Part shown: one piece after another, positions 9,302-18,706 of the stretch
How the letters are laid out: each line of letters begins with the position of its first letter
Position numbering within the stretch: position 1 is the stretch's first letter
Virus record (IMG/VR): IMGVR_UViG_3300016471_000517
Span: 53,061-117,060 of that record
Length of the DNA stretch: 64,000 nt
Strand: one strand, 5' to 3'
Source of the DNA: a virus
Made by a program: the position numbers and the translations under genes
The notes under the pieces: model-generated
What the model saw: the letters and a program-made list of their open reading frames with translations, nothing else
Databases searched by the model: none
Told to the model about the DNA's origin: nothing

Positions 9302-9590
9302 AACTGAAACTGTTATGACGTTTGAAGAAGTTCGCAAGAAGTATGGTCACATTGAATGCTTCTTTACTTACTTCGATGGAGAAAAGTGTTCTTTTGATTT
9401 TTATGGAACGGATGCTAATGGAAACGAAGTTCGTCTATCCATTGGTGGTTGCCCTGCTTGGATCAAGCATCTTGCATTCGGTCCCAATGATGGTATAAAT
9501 ATTTCTGACGCAATAGAGCGTCATGTTCGATACATTTCTGTTACGGACAATCGTAGCAAAGTTTTGTATGAACAAATTTTTGACGTTTAA
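9294..9590 (+). CDS. hypothetical protein
   Basis: Start MAKTET overlapping upstream stop. Confidence 0.7.
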   Translation: MAKTETVMTFEEVRKKYGHIECFFTYFDGEKCSFDFYGTDANGNEVRLSIGGCPAWIKHLAFGPNDGINISDAIERHVRYISVTDNRSKVLYEQIFDV

Positions 9591-9598
9591 AGGAAAAC

Positions 9599-9997
9599 AT
9601 GAATAATTCAGATTTTAACGATTTTATGAATTGGCAGAATGGTGACGAAGAGCCACCAAAAAACTTTTTCTACTATGGTCCTTGGAATGAAAAATTCAAG
9701 GAGATGTGGAACAAGATGCATCAAAACATTGACAAGAATGAATACGCAGAGCAGATGAAAGATTATATGAATATTGATGACATCATGAAAGATGTTATGA
9801 ATAATTCTATGAAAAAGAATAAAGATAATTCAAAGCCAAATAAAAATCGTACAAAGAAGACAATCTTCAACCAAGATGATTATTTGAAGCTTATTGAAAT
9901 TCGTGGTTATCTTGCTATTACTGAACAGTATGCACACGTAAAGGCTTTGGATAAGCTTCTGAATGAAATTATTATTGTTCCAAAGGAGCCGAAATGA
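9599..9997 (+). CDS. hypothetical protein
   Basis: AAGGA SD, 132 aa. Confidence 0.7.
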   Translation: MNNSDFNDFMNWQNGDEEPPKNFFYYGPWNEKFKEMWNKMHQNIDKNEYAEQMKDYMNIDDIMKDVMNNSMKKNKDNSKPNKNRTKKTIFNQDDYLKLIEIRGYLAITEQYAHVKALDKLLNEIIIVPKEPK

Positions 9998-10212
9998 CTG
10001 AATACACCCCAGGATCTGCATATAATCTAGGATTCAAGTCTAGAATGAGTGGTGGTTCCAAACCATCAAATGCTACAATGAATGAGAGTGATGTTTATTG
10101 GCAAGAATGGCTTGCTGGTTGGGATGATGCCCATCAAAAAATTTTGAGTGAGGCGAGAGCAAAAGCAGAATGCTCTAAACCCAAGTGTTGTAAAAATTTT
10201 ATTCAAGATTGA
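9994..10212 (+). CDS. ribosome-modulation-factor (Rmf)-like small protein
   Basis: AYNLGFKSRMSG...YWQEWLAGWDDA resembles the Rmf pattern. Confidence 0.45.
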   Translation: MTEYTPGSAYNLGFKSRMSGGSKPSNATMNESDVYWQEWLAGWDDAHQKILSEARAKAECSKPKCCKNFIQD

Positions 10213-10240
10213 TAAAACCCCCGAAAGGGGGTTTTTTATC
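10211..10240. terminator. bidirectional intrinsic terminator
   Basis: AAAACCCCC-GAAA-GGGGGTTTT hairpin between convergent genes. Confidence 0.85.
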
Positions 10241-11972
10241 TTATAAATCCTTGAACGTGTTGAACTATACTAGAAAAAAGTTCTTCATCGCTCAAATGTT
10301 TTCTCATTGTTTCTATCATTTCATCGTTTATATCTGCATGAACTATATTTCCTGTACCCATATTTTTAGCGGTGGTTTCAATTGCAGCTTGACGTTTTTT
10401 TGGTGATAAATCTGAACCTCTTGCCCATACGTCAATCTCTGGAGAAACTTCTCCAGTTTTTCCTTTTTTTATCACGACTCTTGGTTTTACAGTTACAGTA
10501 TCAATAATGTTTGGATCAACTAATACATCTGAAACAAGACCGGCACTCAAAACAGCAGGAAGTTTTGTTTGCCCTGTTTCTGGCTCGGGGCTTAAAGTGA
10601 GTTTTACTTTTTTTGAAGCTGGTTGTAAGACAGACCAATTTACTGCTTTAGCCCCCTCCAAATTATAACCAGCTCTAATGTAATCTCTTATAGTTTTTAA
10701 ATCAACATTTCTAGATAAACCTCTTTTTATTGCATCTTCCAAAGAACTTTTAGCACCTCTGACTTTTTCTGTATCAGTTATTTTTTTTATTGTTTTGGCA
10801 TCTAGTGTTGGAAAAGTTTCTTGTGGTATTTTTTCTATTTCCCTTCCCAACTCCCCTGATAGATCAGCAATCTGTTGTGTAATTCCAAGATTGCGTTTTA
10901 ATGGTTCATCGGCTCTTCTTCTAATAGAAGTGTTAATTCCTTTAACATCTAAAAGCTCAGTTCTCAAATCACCAGATTTATCTGCTTTAATTTCTGCTGC
11001 ATCTGGACCATTTTCAGACGTTTCTTTTTTGGATAAATCATCAAAAGATGAAATAAATAAGTCTAAACCTTTTTCACCACCTGTTCTAGCTGCATGTAAA
11101 GATCTTATCGCATGAACCATTCGTGCAGTATGTTCTTCTTTAGATCCAGCAACTGGTTTTGCACCACTTTCTGGGGTATAATCTGCATTTGTCATCAAAT
11201 TTTTAAAAATATCAGTAATTTTTTTGTTTTCATTTAAAATGTCAAGATTTTCTAAGTTAAATTGTTCTACTAAACTTTTTTCATTGTAAGGAATAAAGAA
11301 TATTTCTCCACTTTCTTCATCCCGAACAGCCATCTTTCCATTTTTATTTCTTCTTTGAAATCTTTGTAGATATCTTTTTGTTTTGCTATCTTGAAGTTGT
11401 TTCCATGCCTTTGCTGCTTTAAATGCATCAAATTCGGATTTTGATACATTAAACATCTCAATACTTGGGAACATGTTTACAGGGCCACTCCTAGACATCA
11501 TGGGCATCATGACCGGATCATACCCCGACACATTGCCTTTATTGGCACCGGGAGCCTCTGCAGGCGTTCCTATTGTTCCTGCGCCACCACCAGCAGACCC
11601 TGTTGACATATCTTCCAACAGATTAAGATAGCTAACGCCATCTTCTGCGTTAATCATGATATGGGATTCTATCAAAGAATTTAATTGTTCTTTACTTATT
11701 TCAGGTAAATCAAACTCTTCGTTGAATACCTGCAATGTTCCCATTAAATTTTGTAATTTATACTTTGTAGTTCCGGGAGGAAGTTGATCAAATATTCTTT
11801 TTAATTTTATTACAAAATATTCAAAGGGATCTATACTGCTTTCGTTTCCCTTTATATTTCCATTTCGATCAATTATTCCAGAAGAATAAGCATTCAGGGC
11901 GGTGTATGGGCCACTTACTGCATCTGCAAAACGATAAAAATAAAATGAGGGAATATATGACAGGTTTGCCAT
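10236..11972 (-). CDS. multidomain hypothetical protein with N-terminus conserved in T4-like phages
   Basis: YRF...AYSSGIIDRNG...IKLKRI N-terminal domain; CTAAATA upstream. Confidence 0.7.
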   Translation of the reverse strand: MANLSYIPSFYFYRFADAVSGPYTALNAYSSGIIDRNGNIKGNESSIDPFEYFVIKLKRIFDQLPPGTTKYKLQNLMGTLQVFNEEFDLPEISKEQLNSLIESHIMINAEDGVSYLNLLEDMSTGSAGGGAGTIGTPAEAPGANKGNVSGYDPVMMPMMSRSGPVNMFPSIEMFNVSKSEFDAFKAAKAWKQLQDSKTKRYLQRFQRRNKNGKMAVRDEESGEIFFIPYNEKSLVEQFNLENLDILNENKKITDIFKNLMTNADYTPESGAKPVAGSKEEHTARMVHAIRSLHAARTGGEKGLDLFISSFDDLSKKETSENGPDAAEIKADKSGDLRTELLDVKGINTSIRRRADEPLKRNLGITQQIADLSGELGREIEKIPQETFPTLDAKTIKKITDTEKVRGAKSSLEDAIKRGLSRNVDLKTIRDYIRAGYNLEGAKAVNWSVLQPASKKVKLTLSPEPETGQTKLPAVLSAGLVSDVLVDPNIIDTVTVKPRVVIKKGKTGEVSPEIDVWARGSDLSPKKRQAAIETTAKNMGTGNIVHADINDEMIETMRKHLSDEELFSSIVQHVQGFIR

Positions 11973-11981
11973 TAAAAATAT

Positions 11982-12413
11982 TTAGCTTTCGGCACCCTGT
12001 AATTTACGATCAACCCTTGGATCTGTATTTAATTTGTTAAATTTAACTTCTGGAATGTCTTTTATTTGAAATTCTAAGAAAACCAAAAAAGACTTTAAGT
12101 AAGAATGTAATCTTGGTTCCAGCCTAAAAAACAATATTCTGGCACAATTTTCTTCACCAAAAACATTTTTTAAAATTATAATGTGATTGATTATTAATCT
12201 CTCACGTATTGATTTTAAAGTTTTTTGTTTATGTATCTTTTGTATGAGACGATTTACGTATTTTATACGTTTTAAATCGTCCATAAACTCGGTTTTGCCA
12301 GAGCATTCTGGATTAAAATAATAAGTCTGACAGAATTGTAAAAAGGTATCTTCTGTCAGACTTACTTTATTTTTCATTAGTTCAGTGCATGCAGCCACAG
12401 TCATTACCACCAC
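11982..12413 (-). CDS. conserved T4-like phage hypothetical protein (true start probably MKNKV)
   Basis: LTEDTFL...YFNPEC...EFMDDLKRIKY...RLIINHIIILKNVFG motif. Confidence 0.75.
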   Translation of the reverse strand: MVVMTVAACTELMKNKVSLTEDTFLQFCQTYYFNPECSGKTEFMDDLKRIKYVNRLIQKIHKQKTLKSIRERLIINHIIILKNVFGEENCARILFFRLEPRLHSYLKSFLVFLEFQIKDIPEVKFNKLNTDPRVDRKLQGAES

Positions 12414-12915
12414 CCATGTCGGGAACGATTACCATTTGCACTTTACGAAGCATGTTTGGTTGCTTTACTACAGTTACAGAAAGATTTAGGCCATGACCCA
12501 TTTTTTCTTTGATTCCGTCACCCTGTGAGAAACCTGTTTTATTTACATCGTCATATGGATTTTGACCATAGACTCCCAAATATGGGCTACCATATTGGTA
12601 TAGTTTGATTAAATTTTCTCCATCTTGGAGTGCGTTCTGTTGTTGGAAGTCAAAACCAAAGTGATTTAGTTTTTGCTTTACGACATTGAGAACGTGATCC
12701 GGATCAATATAATCTCTTTGGCTCAAGCCATACAATAAGGCATTGATCGCATCGATAGATCTTGGGAGCTGAATGTTAAAGGTGCCTTTGTCGGTAAGGG
12801 CGCTTGGCATTCTGGGTGCTTGTGGATCACCGATAAACAAACCACCACCAAAGGTTTGTTCACCTGAATTTTCTGTTATTGGACCGGTTTGTTTTAATAA
12901 TTGTTTAAATTTCAT
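12382..12915 (-). CDS. hypothetical late protein
   Basis: MKFKQLL N-terminus; CTAAATA upstream. Confidence 0.7.
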   Translation of the reverse strand: MKFKQLLKQTGPITENSGEQTFGGGLFIGDPQAPRMPSALTDKGTFNIQLPRSIDAINALLYGLSQRDYIDPDHVLNVVKQKLNHFGFDFQQQNALQDGENLIKLYQYGSPYLGVYGQNPYDDVNKTGFSQGDGIKEKMGHGLNLSVTVVKQPNMLRKVQMVIVPDMGGGNDCGCMH

Positions 12916-12932
12916 GGCTTATATTATTTAGG

Positions 12933-14090
12933 TCAATTAAAATTTCTTTTCTCGTAAAGTCCAAACAGGTTATCATTGTAGTTATCCGAATGTAAATTTT
13001 TACTCATATTATTTGTTATTTCTTCGGAAACAGATTTCCATTTTCCACCCTTGCTCTTATAGCATTTTGCAGCCCAAGCATTGGCGTAGGCGGATGGATA
13101 CACATCAAATTTTTTCTTTGCTTGAGCAATACAAGAACTCCACTTTGCTGGATCTTTTGGTTTGTTTTTGCCTTCTTGAATACACTCAATATCTTCTTTT
13201 AGCATAGCACTGACAGGTTTAGCACTCCATGTCTTGCAGGCCCAATAACGAGCTTTCCAACGTGGTCCCGGATTGTCGCAGTTGTGTCTAGCTCTAAAGT
13301 TTCTACGGCGATCTGGATCGTCTCGCTTGATTTCCATATTGGGATCACCGAAGTTTACTTTTACAACATTTCCCTTATCATTTTTTACGTAAACTTTATA
13401 CTTTTTAACATCTCCCCGCATGATTTTGTTGAGCTTTACTTTTTTACCTTCCGACTCATAAATTTCAATTTTGTCACCATATTCACTGTATGCTGACTCT
13501 TCGATATTGTCTAAGAAACCCATGATCGTATCTTCAAAGAAGTTTTCAACAATCTCATTGCCATCTTCATCACTAAATCTTACTGTGTAAACATTGTCTT
13601 CCAAAAGAATTTCATCTACGTTTAGAACTTGTCCAGATTCATTTATTACCAAATCACATGGAAGAAGTTCTTGAACTTCAATTGGTTCAAAATTCATTTT
13701 AAAAACGTTTGATGCACTTTCTACAATAAAAATATCAAATGTTTCTTTTACTTCAGTTACACCAGTTTTTACATATACTGGTTTTTTCCCTTTTCCTTTT
13801 ACATCGCCTTTTTCAGCTCTACCAGCCTTCTTTTGGGCAGATCGTTTTCTTCTTACAAAAGAAGCGATTCCTTCTTTTCCTAGCTTTTTTGCTTTTTGTT
13901 TGCTTAAGCAAGCAGAGTATGCTGCACCTTCTTCTGCATCGCCGCATTTTCCTACTCTTTCACCCTTTGTGTTGTAACGATCCCAACCTGGACCACCGCC
14001 AGCAGATTCTTTATTGAACCATTTACCTAGTCCTGATTTTTCAAATACTTTTTCAAGTAATACTTTTGTACGGGAATTCATTACTTCCAA
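12933..14090 (-). CDS. modular protein with three basic Cys/Trp domains (incl. DUF5872-like PSAYANAW module)
   Basis: GLGKWF..CG..C; VNFGDPNMEIKRDDPDRRRNFRARHNC..ARYWAC; KKKFDVYPSAYANAW. Confidence 0.7.
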   Translation of the reverse strand: MEVMNSRTKVLLEKVFEKSGLGKWFNKESAGGGPGWDRYNTKGERVGKCGDAEEGAAYSACLSKQKAKKLGKEGIASFVRRKRSAQKKAGRAEKGDVKGKGKKPVYVKTGVTEVKETFDIFIVESASNVFKMNFEPIEVQELLPCDLVINESGQVLNVDEILLEDNVYTVRFSDEDGNEIVENFFEDTIMGFLDNIEESAYSEYGDKIEIYESEGKKVKLNKIMRGDVKKYKVYVKNDKGNVVKVNFGDPNMEIKRDDPDRRRNFRARHNCDNPGPRWKARYWACKTWSAKPVSAMLKEDIECIQEGKNKPKDPAKWSSCIAQAKKKFDVYPSAYANAWAAKCYKSKGGKWKSVSEEITNNMSKNLHSDNYNDNLFGLYEKRNFN

Positions 14091-16471
14091 TCCTTATTTT
14101 GCTTTTCACCTTTACGGTGTCCATTGTCTGATCTATTTTCAGATTTGTCTCGGAGGCGTAAGTTATTTATACCATTTGAACCACCGTTTCTTAAAGGTCT
14201 TTTATGGTCTACATCTTTTCTCGAACCCTTTTTAACCTTACCTTGGCGGATCAAACGTTCTCTGGCAGCAGTTCTTTTTGCTCTTTCTTTTCTTTGTTTT
14301 GGTTTGCCATGGTAATTTCTATATTCCATGTCATAATCACGTTTATATTCTTCATACATGTGTGAATTAATTTTATTCATCACATAAAGCATCATTTCCG
14401 GATTTTGAATAGCTCTTTGATAGGCATTGTTGAATGCTATTTTCAATCCATCGTTGCTTTCTAAAAGAATGTTATCTGAATTTAAATATGTTACTTCTTG
14501 CGAATCAATTATTTTTGCATTTATCAAAGTATTCAAAACAAAATTATTTGACAAGGATTCGATCAAAAGATCATTCAACAACAATGATAGATTTTCCGTC
14601 ATTGTTTCTTTCAAAGACCCTGTCTTTTCTACAGGGATCTTTACAGTTTTTCCACCAATACGAACATAATTGTATTGAATGGTATTCAAATCTTGTGGAG
14701 TGAATCCTGGAAGCAAACTCACACTTATATCAAAATCCATATTTTTAGAGACATAATCTAAAGCTAGTTCTACTGGGTTTATTGAATTTTTTGGTATCAA
14801 TAGAGACTGTAGTGTTACTTGTTCTTCTGGTTCTACTTGTTCGACAACTGAAGAAAACTTTTTCATCAATTCTGAAGCTGAATTGGTTTTATTTTCTACA
14901 TTTCCCCCATTAATTAAATCGGTGGATGGTTTTACCGAGATTGTTGCATTTTTTGCAATCTCATCAAAGTAAGCATCTGTCATTGGAAAAATTCCATTTT
15001 GTGTAACCAAATGGGTTGGAGAAAAGTCTGGATTCTTGATATTATCACCACGATAAAAAGTTTTCAAAATTGACTTGACAAACACATCAGAAAATTCAGA
15101 TGGTTTCTTGGAATTGTTTTTAAACAGAGTTGGGGTGGCTTTTGTTATTTCTTTTTGATAATTTTCAAGAGAAGCAAATTTGTTTAAATTTCCATTTTGA
15201 TCCAGAACTGGTCCCAAATTCTGTCCAGCATCATTTGTAAGTTGTGTTGCCTTCAATTGAGCCAACAGTTCTGGATTGTTTTGAATTTGCGATAAAGCAC
15301 TTCTAGAAATTAAATACTGGCTGAATCCCGAACCATTTTTTTGTACTGTGTCTACAAATTTAGAAACTTTTGGATCTTGTGAAATGCTTGGTGAGTTGAG
15401 TGCTTGCATGATTGCACCAGCAATCATTCCACGGAAACCTTTACTATTCTGATTAAACTTATCTGTAGTTAAAGAAAATTCTCCGCCAGAAGATATTTTA
15501 AATTTATAATTTCCACATTCCATGTCTACGTTTCCTTCTTCAAACGTAGTCTTGGTTCCATTTTCGATGCTGGTAACTAGATTTTGAATACATTGATCAC
15601 CAATTTGTGACAAAATCTTCTTGGCTTGTTCGTATGCTTTTTTTGTAAATTCTAATGCATTTGGTGAAAGAGAAATGAAAGAATCAATTTCTTGTTCGCT
15701 CGCGCCAGCTTTAATTTTTGCCAAGAATACCAACGCATTTAGTACTTGTTGATTATAAGAAGCTGTGGTTAATTGATTGATACCAAACTTTGTTGACAAT
15801 TTTTCAAATGTCATATCATCAAAGTCTGAGTTTGCAGGTGGATTTCTCAATCTCTTAAAATATTCTTGACGGACATCAATCGGCATCTGAATCAATTGTT
15901 CAGGTGTCATTTGTGTCATCAATTGAAATATTTCTTCTTTAGAAAGCTTTTTAGCTTTTTTCTCTTCAGAGGGCTTTGCTTCCTCTTCCTCGTCCTCAAA
16001 TTTTTGTTCTTTTTCTTTTCTAAGTTCTTCGGTAGATTTGCCTTTTCCTGGTTTCCCTTCTTCAGATTTTTCTTTTTGTCTGATGTTACCAAAAAGAAGT
16101 TTAGAGGCTCCAGTTTGTTCAAAGTTTTCATCTTTGGCCAAAGCATTTGCTTCGCCCATAGAAATTTCTTTGCCCTTACTTATTATTTCATGGTTATTCT
16201 TGTTGAAAGAATCTTTAAAAATTAATTGAATCTTACCAGACTTGGTTTTGACCGCAATAATTTCTTTTATAAGCTCTTCCTTAGATTTTCTACTTCTAGG
16301 AATTTCGCGTGCTCTTTCAGCTCTTTTGCGTGCTGCATCTTTTGCTTTATCGTCAGCAGAGGAAGATTTAATCTTTTCCTTTTCCATGGCCTCGCCAGTG
16401 GTTCTAAAGGAATCTGCTGTAGCACGACTTGCTTCTGTTAACTGTAATAGATCTTTAAAGTTCATCTCCAA
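14081..16471 (-). CDS. large protein with C-terminal HNH-like domain
   Basis: DVDHKRPLRNGGSNGINNLRLRDKSENRS near C-terminus. Confidence 0.7.
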   Translation of the reverse strand: MEMNFKDLLQLTEASRATADSFRTTGEAMEKEKIKSSSADDKAKDAARKRAERAREIPRSRKSKEELIKEIIAVKTKSGKIQLIFKDSFNKNNHEIISKGKEISMGEANALAKDENFEQTGASKLLFGNIRQKEKSEEGKPGKGKSTEELRKEKEQKFEDEEEEAKPSEEKKAKKLSKEEIFQLMTQMTPEQLIQMPIDVRQEYFKRLRNPPANSDFDDMTFEKLSTKFGINQLTTASYNQQVLNALVFLAKIKAGASEQEIDSFISLSPNALEFTKKAYEQAKKILSQIGDQCIQNLVTSIENGTKTTFEEGNVDMECGNYKFKISSGGEFSLTTDKFNQNSKGFRGMIAGAIMQALNSPSISQDPKVSKFVDTVQKNGSGFSQYLISRSALSQIQNNPELLAQLKATQLTNDAGQNLGPVLDQNGNLNKFASLENYQKEITKATPTLFKNNSKKPSEFSDVFVKSILKTFYRGDNIKNPDFSPTHLVTQNGIFPMTDAYFDEIAKNATISVKPSTDLINGGNVENKTNSASELMKKFSSVVEQVEPEEQVTLQSLLIPKNSINPVELALDYVSKNMDFDISVSLLPGFTPQDLNTIQYNYVRIGGKTVKIPVEKTGSLKETMTENLSLLLNDLLIESLSNNFVLNTLINAKIIDSQEVTYLNSDNILLESNDGLKIAFNNAYQRAIQNPEMMLYVMNKINSHMYEEYKRDYDMEYRNYHGKPKQRKERAKRTAARERLIRQGKVKKGSRKDVDHKRPLRNGGSNGINNLRLRDKSENRSDNGHRKGEKQNKDWK

Positions 16472-16486
16472 TTATTTATCATAATA

Positions 16487-17065
16487 TTAAGGTTCCAACG
16501 GATTGTATAATTTTAAATTTCTATAACTTTTTGCCTTTCCTCTGGCAACTTTATAAAGATTACTTTTGTTTAAATTGTTAATTTTAGCATATTCTGCTAT
16601 ATTTTCTATGTAAAATATCTCTTTTGTTTCCATATTTTGGAAAGTGGCACCATTATATGTGATGACTTTTGGCTTTTCTTTTTCTTTTACGTCTTCGTAT
16701 GAACCAACAGTTTCCTTTACCGCTCGAATCTCCACAGCAGTCCATCCCTTATAAGTCTTTCTTTTTCCATTTAAAAGTTCACAAATTTTTACTGGAGTTA
16801 ATCCTTGCTGTTTTCCAAAAATTGTCATATTTTCAAAAAAAGTTTTTTCTCCGGTATCGACTCTTTTTAACCAATATCCGTTTTTTTCTTGTGCTGGAGA
16901 TTTCCATTTCCAATAACGTCCTTCTTTTGTAAAGAATCCGCCATGTTCTTTGATAAAAGCATCCCTATTAGAGGATGCTTTCGAGTTATCGTTCATTCTG
17001 ATCCAAAATTTTGAACCTTTTCTATTTACTTCATCTTCTAATGTTTTTAATTCATGAATTTCCAT
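16487..17065 (-). CDS. protein with two NUMOD1/IENR-like DNA-binding repeats
   Basis: ENMTIF..GL..ICELLNGKRKTYKGW and ENIAEY..NL..LYKVARGKAKSYRNL. Confidence 0.6.
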   Translation of the reverse strand: MEIHELKTLEDEVNRKGSKFWIRMNDNSKASSNRDAFIKEHGGFFTKEGRYWKWKSPAQEKNGYWLKRVDTGEKTFFENMTIFGKQQGLTPVKICELLNGKRKTYKGWTAVEIRAVKETVGSYEDVKEKEKPKVITYNGATFQNMETKEIFYIENIAEYAKINNLNKSNLYKVARGKAKSYRNLKLYNPLEP

Positions 17066-17717
17066 TGCGATATTCCGTAATAATATTTTTTAACTCTCTA
17101 ACGTAATTAATTGGTCTTCCTTGAAAAACTTGTCTCAAGCCATCTTCGCATGCTATCATTATAGCAAAATTTTCTACTATAATTCCAGTTCTTTCTTGGA
17201 ACATTAAAGCATAGGCTGTTGCTTGAGTGAAATAGTTATCAATATCTTGTTTTCTTTTTTCTTTGGTGCTTGCTTTGAAGTCTATTATTGAAAGTTTTCC
17301 ATCATATTCTGCTATGCAATCTGTTCTTCCAGCAAGCCCGAGAGTTTTTGACCAAAGAGGAGTTTCTAATGCTCTTATGTTATCAATTTTATCTAATTCT
17401 GGTTTTAGTAAAAGAAAAAGAGCCTTAAAATTTGGAAACATATTTTCCAAATCTACTGGCTCATTCTTCAAATAAGATTCAATTATACTATGAAATTTAG
17501 TTCCCCTAGAGGTTACCCTTCTGCTTTCTTCGGGATTTTTTTGTCTCCATTCAGCAAAAAATTTTTGCTTCTTGAAACCTACCACAGTTGTAACACTGGG
17601 AAAATCCCCACCGGGGGTAGAATAATGACGTTTTCCGTCTTTTTCTATTTCCTTAAGTTCGCAGTTTAATTCTACAGGATTATGATTAAATTGTTTAAAT
17701 TCACACAAGGTCATCAA
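17052..17717 (-). CDS. PD-(D/E)XK exonuclease (Cas4-like, T4-like phage type)
   Basis: PSVTTV, RGTKFH, LAGRTDCIAEYDGKLSIIDFKAS, QATAYA. Confidence 0.88.
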   Translation of the reverse strand: MMTLCEFKQFNHNPVELNCELKEIEKDGKRHYSTPGGDFPSVTTVVGFKKQKFFAEWRQKNPEESRRVTSRGTKFHSIIESYLKNEPVDLENMFPNFKALFLLLKPELDKIDNIRALETPLWSKTLGLAGRTDCIAEYDGKLSIIDFKASTKEKRKQDIDNYFTQATAYALMFQERTGIIVENFAIMIACEDGLRQVFQGRPINYVRELKNIITEYRNGNS

Positions 17718-17722
17718 TTATA

Positions 17723-18703
17723 TCACTTAATTCGCAAAGAGGTAGAATATTTTCCTAAGATTCTATCAAGAATTGCATCAATGTCATATGGAATTTCAGA
17801 TCCAGAAACCTCTTTTGGTTTATCTGGTATTGATGGCAAAGTAAACGGAGTAAATCCAAATGGTATAGATTTATTTTCTTCTTTTTTGGGTTTTGGGTAT
17901 GTCTCTGCTTTTGGTAAAGGTTCCGTTAATGGTTCTGGCAATGGGCTTGGTCTTGGTAATGGTGCTGGTTCTGGTAATGGGATTGTAGGTTTTATTGGTA
18001 ATGGTGCTGGTTCTTCTTTTCCTGCAGGTGCTGGTTCTTCTTTTTCTGAAGGTTTTGGTTCTTCTTTTCCTGAAGGTTTTGGTGCTACGGGAGGTTCAAA
18101 TGGTTTTTCAGATGGAGCCCCTTCTTCTTTGGGTGGAGCCCCTTCTTCTTTGGGTGGAGCCCCTTCTTCTTTGGGGAATTTAAAAGGCTCTGGTCCTGTT
18201 TCTGGCTCATCTCTTGTTAGTTTTAATTCCCGTGGTTTTTCTGTAGACACCTCTTCGGGTTTTAATTTTTTTACAACATCCCCCTCAACCGCAACTTCGT
18301 CTGGTTTTTTTTCAGGAAATTTGATTGGCCCCTTTTCCTTCATTGCTGACAATTGTATTTCAACATCATCCGCTGCTTGAAAAATAGTTCTCGTTATTTC
18401 TGGATAATCATCAAATTTAAAATCTGGATATTTTTTAAAAAATTCTAAAACTAGATCTTCACCACGTTTTCCTGTTTTCTGGGCTATAGATAGCATATCT
18501 TCTGGCAATTGATCCACTATTTTTCCAATATTAATTTTTACTTCAAGTGGATCCAATTTTCCAGATTTAATTAAATCCAAAAGATCACGTAGTATTTTTG
18601 CTTTTTGCTCAAGTAAAAAGTTTTTTTTGTTTTCTGACAATAATTTATTAATATATCTTTCTTCAAGAAAACAAAATAATATTTTATTTAAAGGTCTAAT
18701 CAT
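17723..18703 (-). CDS. Pro/Glu/Lys-rich repeat protein
   Basis: PKEEGAP x3, KEEP and PLP repeats. Confidence 0.7.
   Translation of the reverse strand: MIRPLNKILFCFLEERYINKLLSENKKNFLLEQKAKILRDLLDLIKSGKLDPLEVKINIGKIVDQLPEDMLSIAQKTGKRGEDLVLEFFKKYPDFKFDDYPEITRTIFQAADDVEIQLSAMKEKGPIKFPEKKPDEVAVEGDVVKKLKPEEVSTEKPRELKLTRDEPETGPEPFKFPKEEGAPPKEEGAPPKEEGAPSEKPFEPPVAPKPSGKEEPKPSEKEEPAPAGKEEPAPLPIKPTIPLPEPAPLPRPSPLPEPLTEPLPKAETYPKPKKEENKSIPFGFTPFTLPSIPDKPKEVSGSEIPYDIDAILDRILGKYSTSLRIK
18113..18175. repeat. 3 x 21-nt perfect tandem repeat (coding PKEEGAP)
   Basis: TGGAGCCCCTTCTTCTTTGGG x3. Confidence 0.9.
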
Positions 18704-18706
18704 TTT

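Noticed and set aside
17995-18190. Short repeats as a CRISPR array near a Cas4-like nuclease
   Set aside because: Repeats are contiguous, in frame, lack spacers and encode PEK-rich peptide; the nuclease is the usual T4-like exonuclease.
17682-18380. 232-aa plus-strand Gly/Ser-rich ORF
   Set aside because: Antisense shadow of the Pro/Glu/Lys repeat gene.
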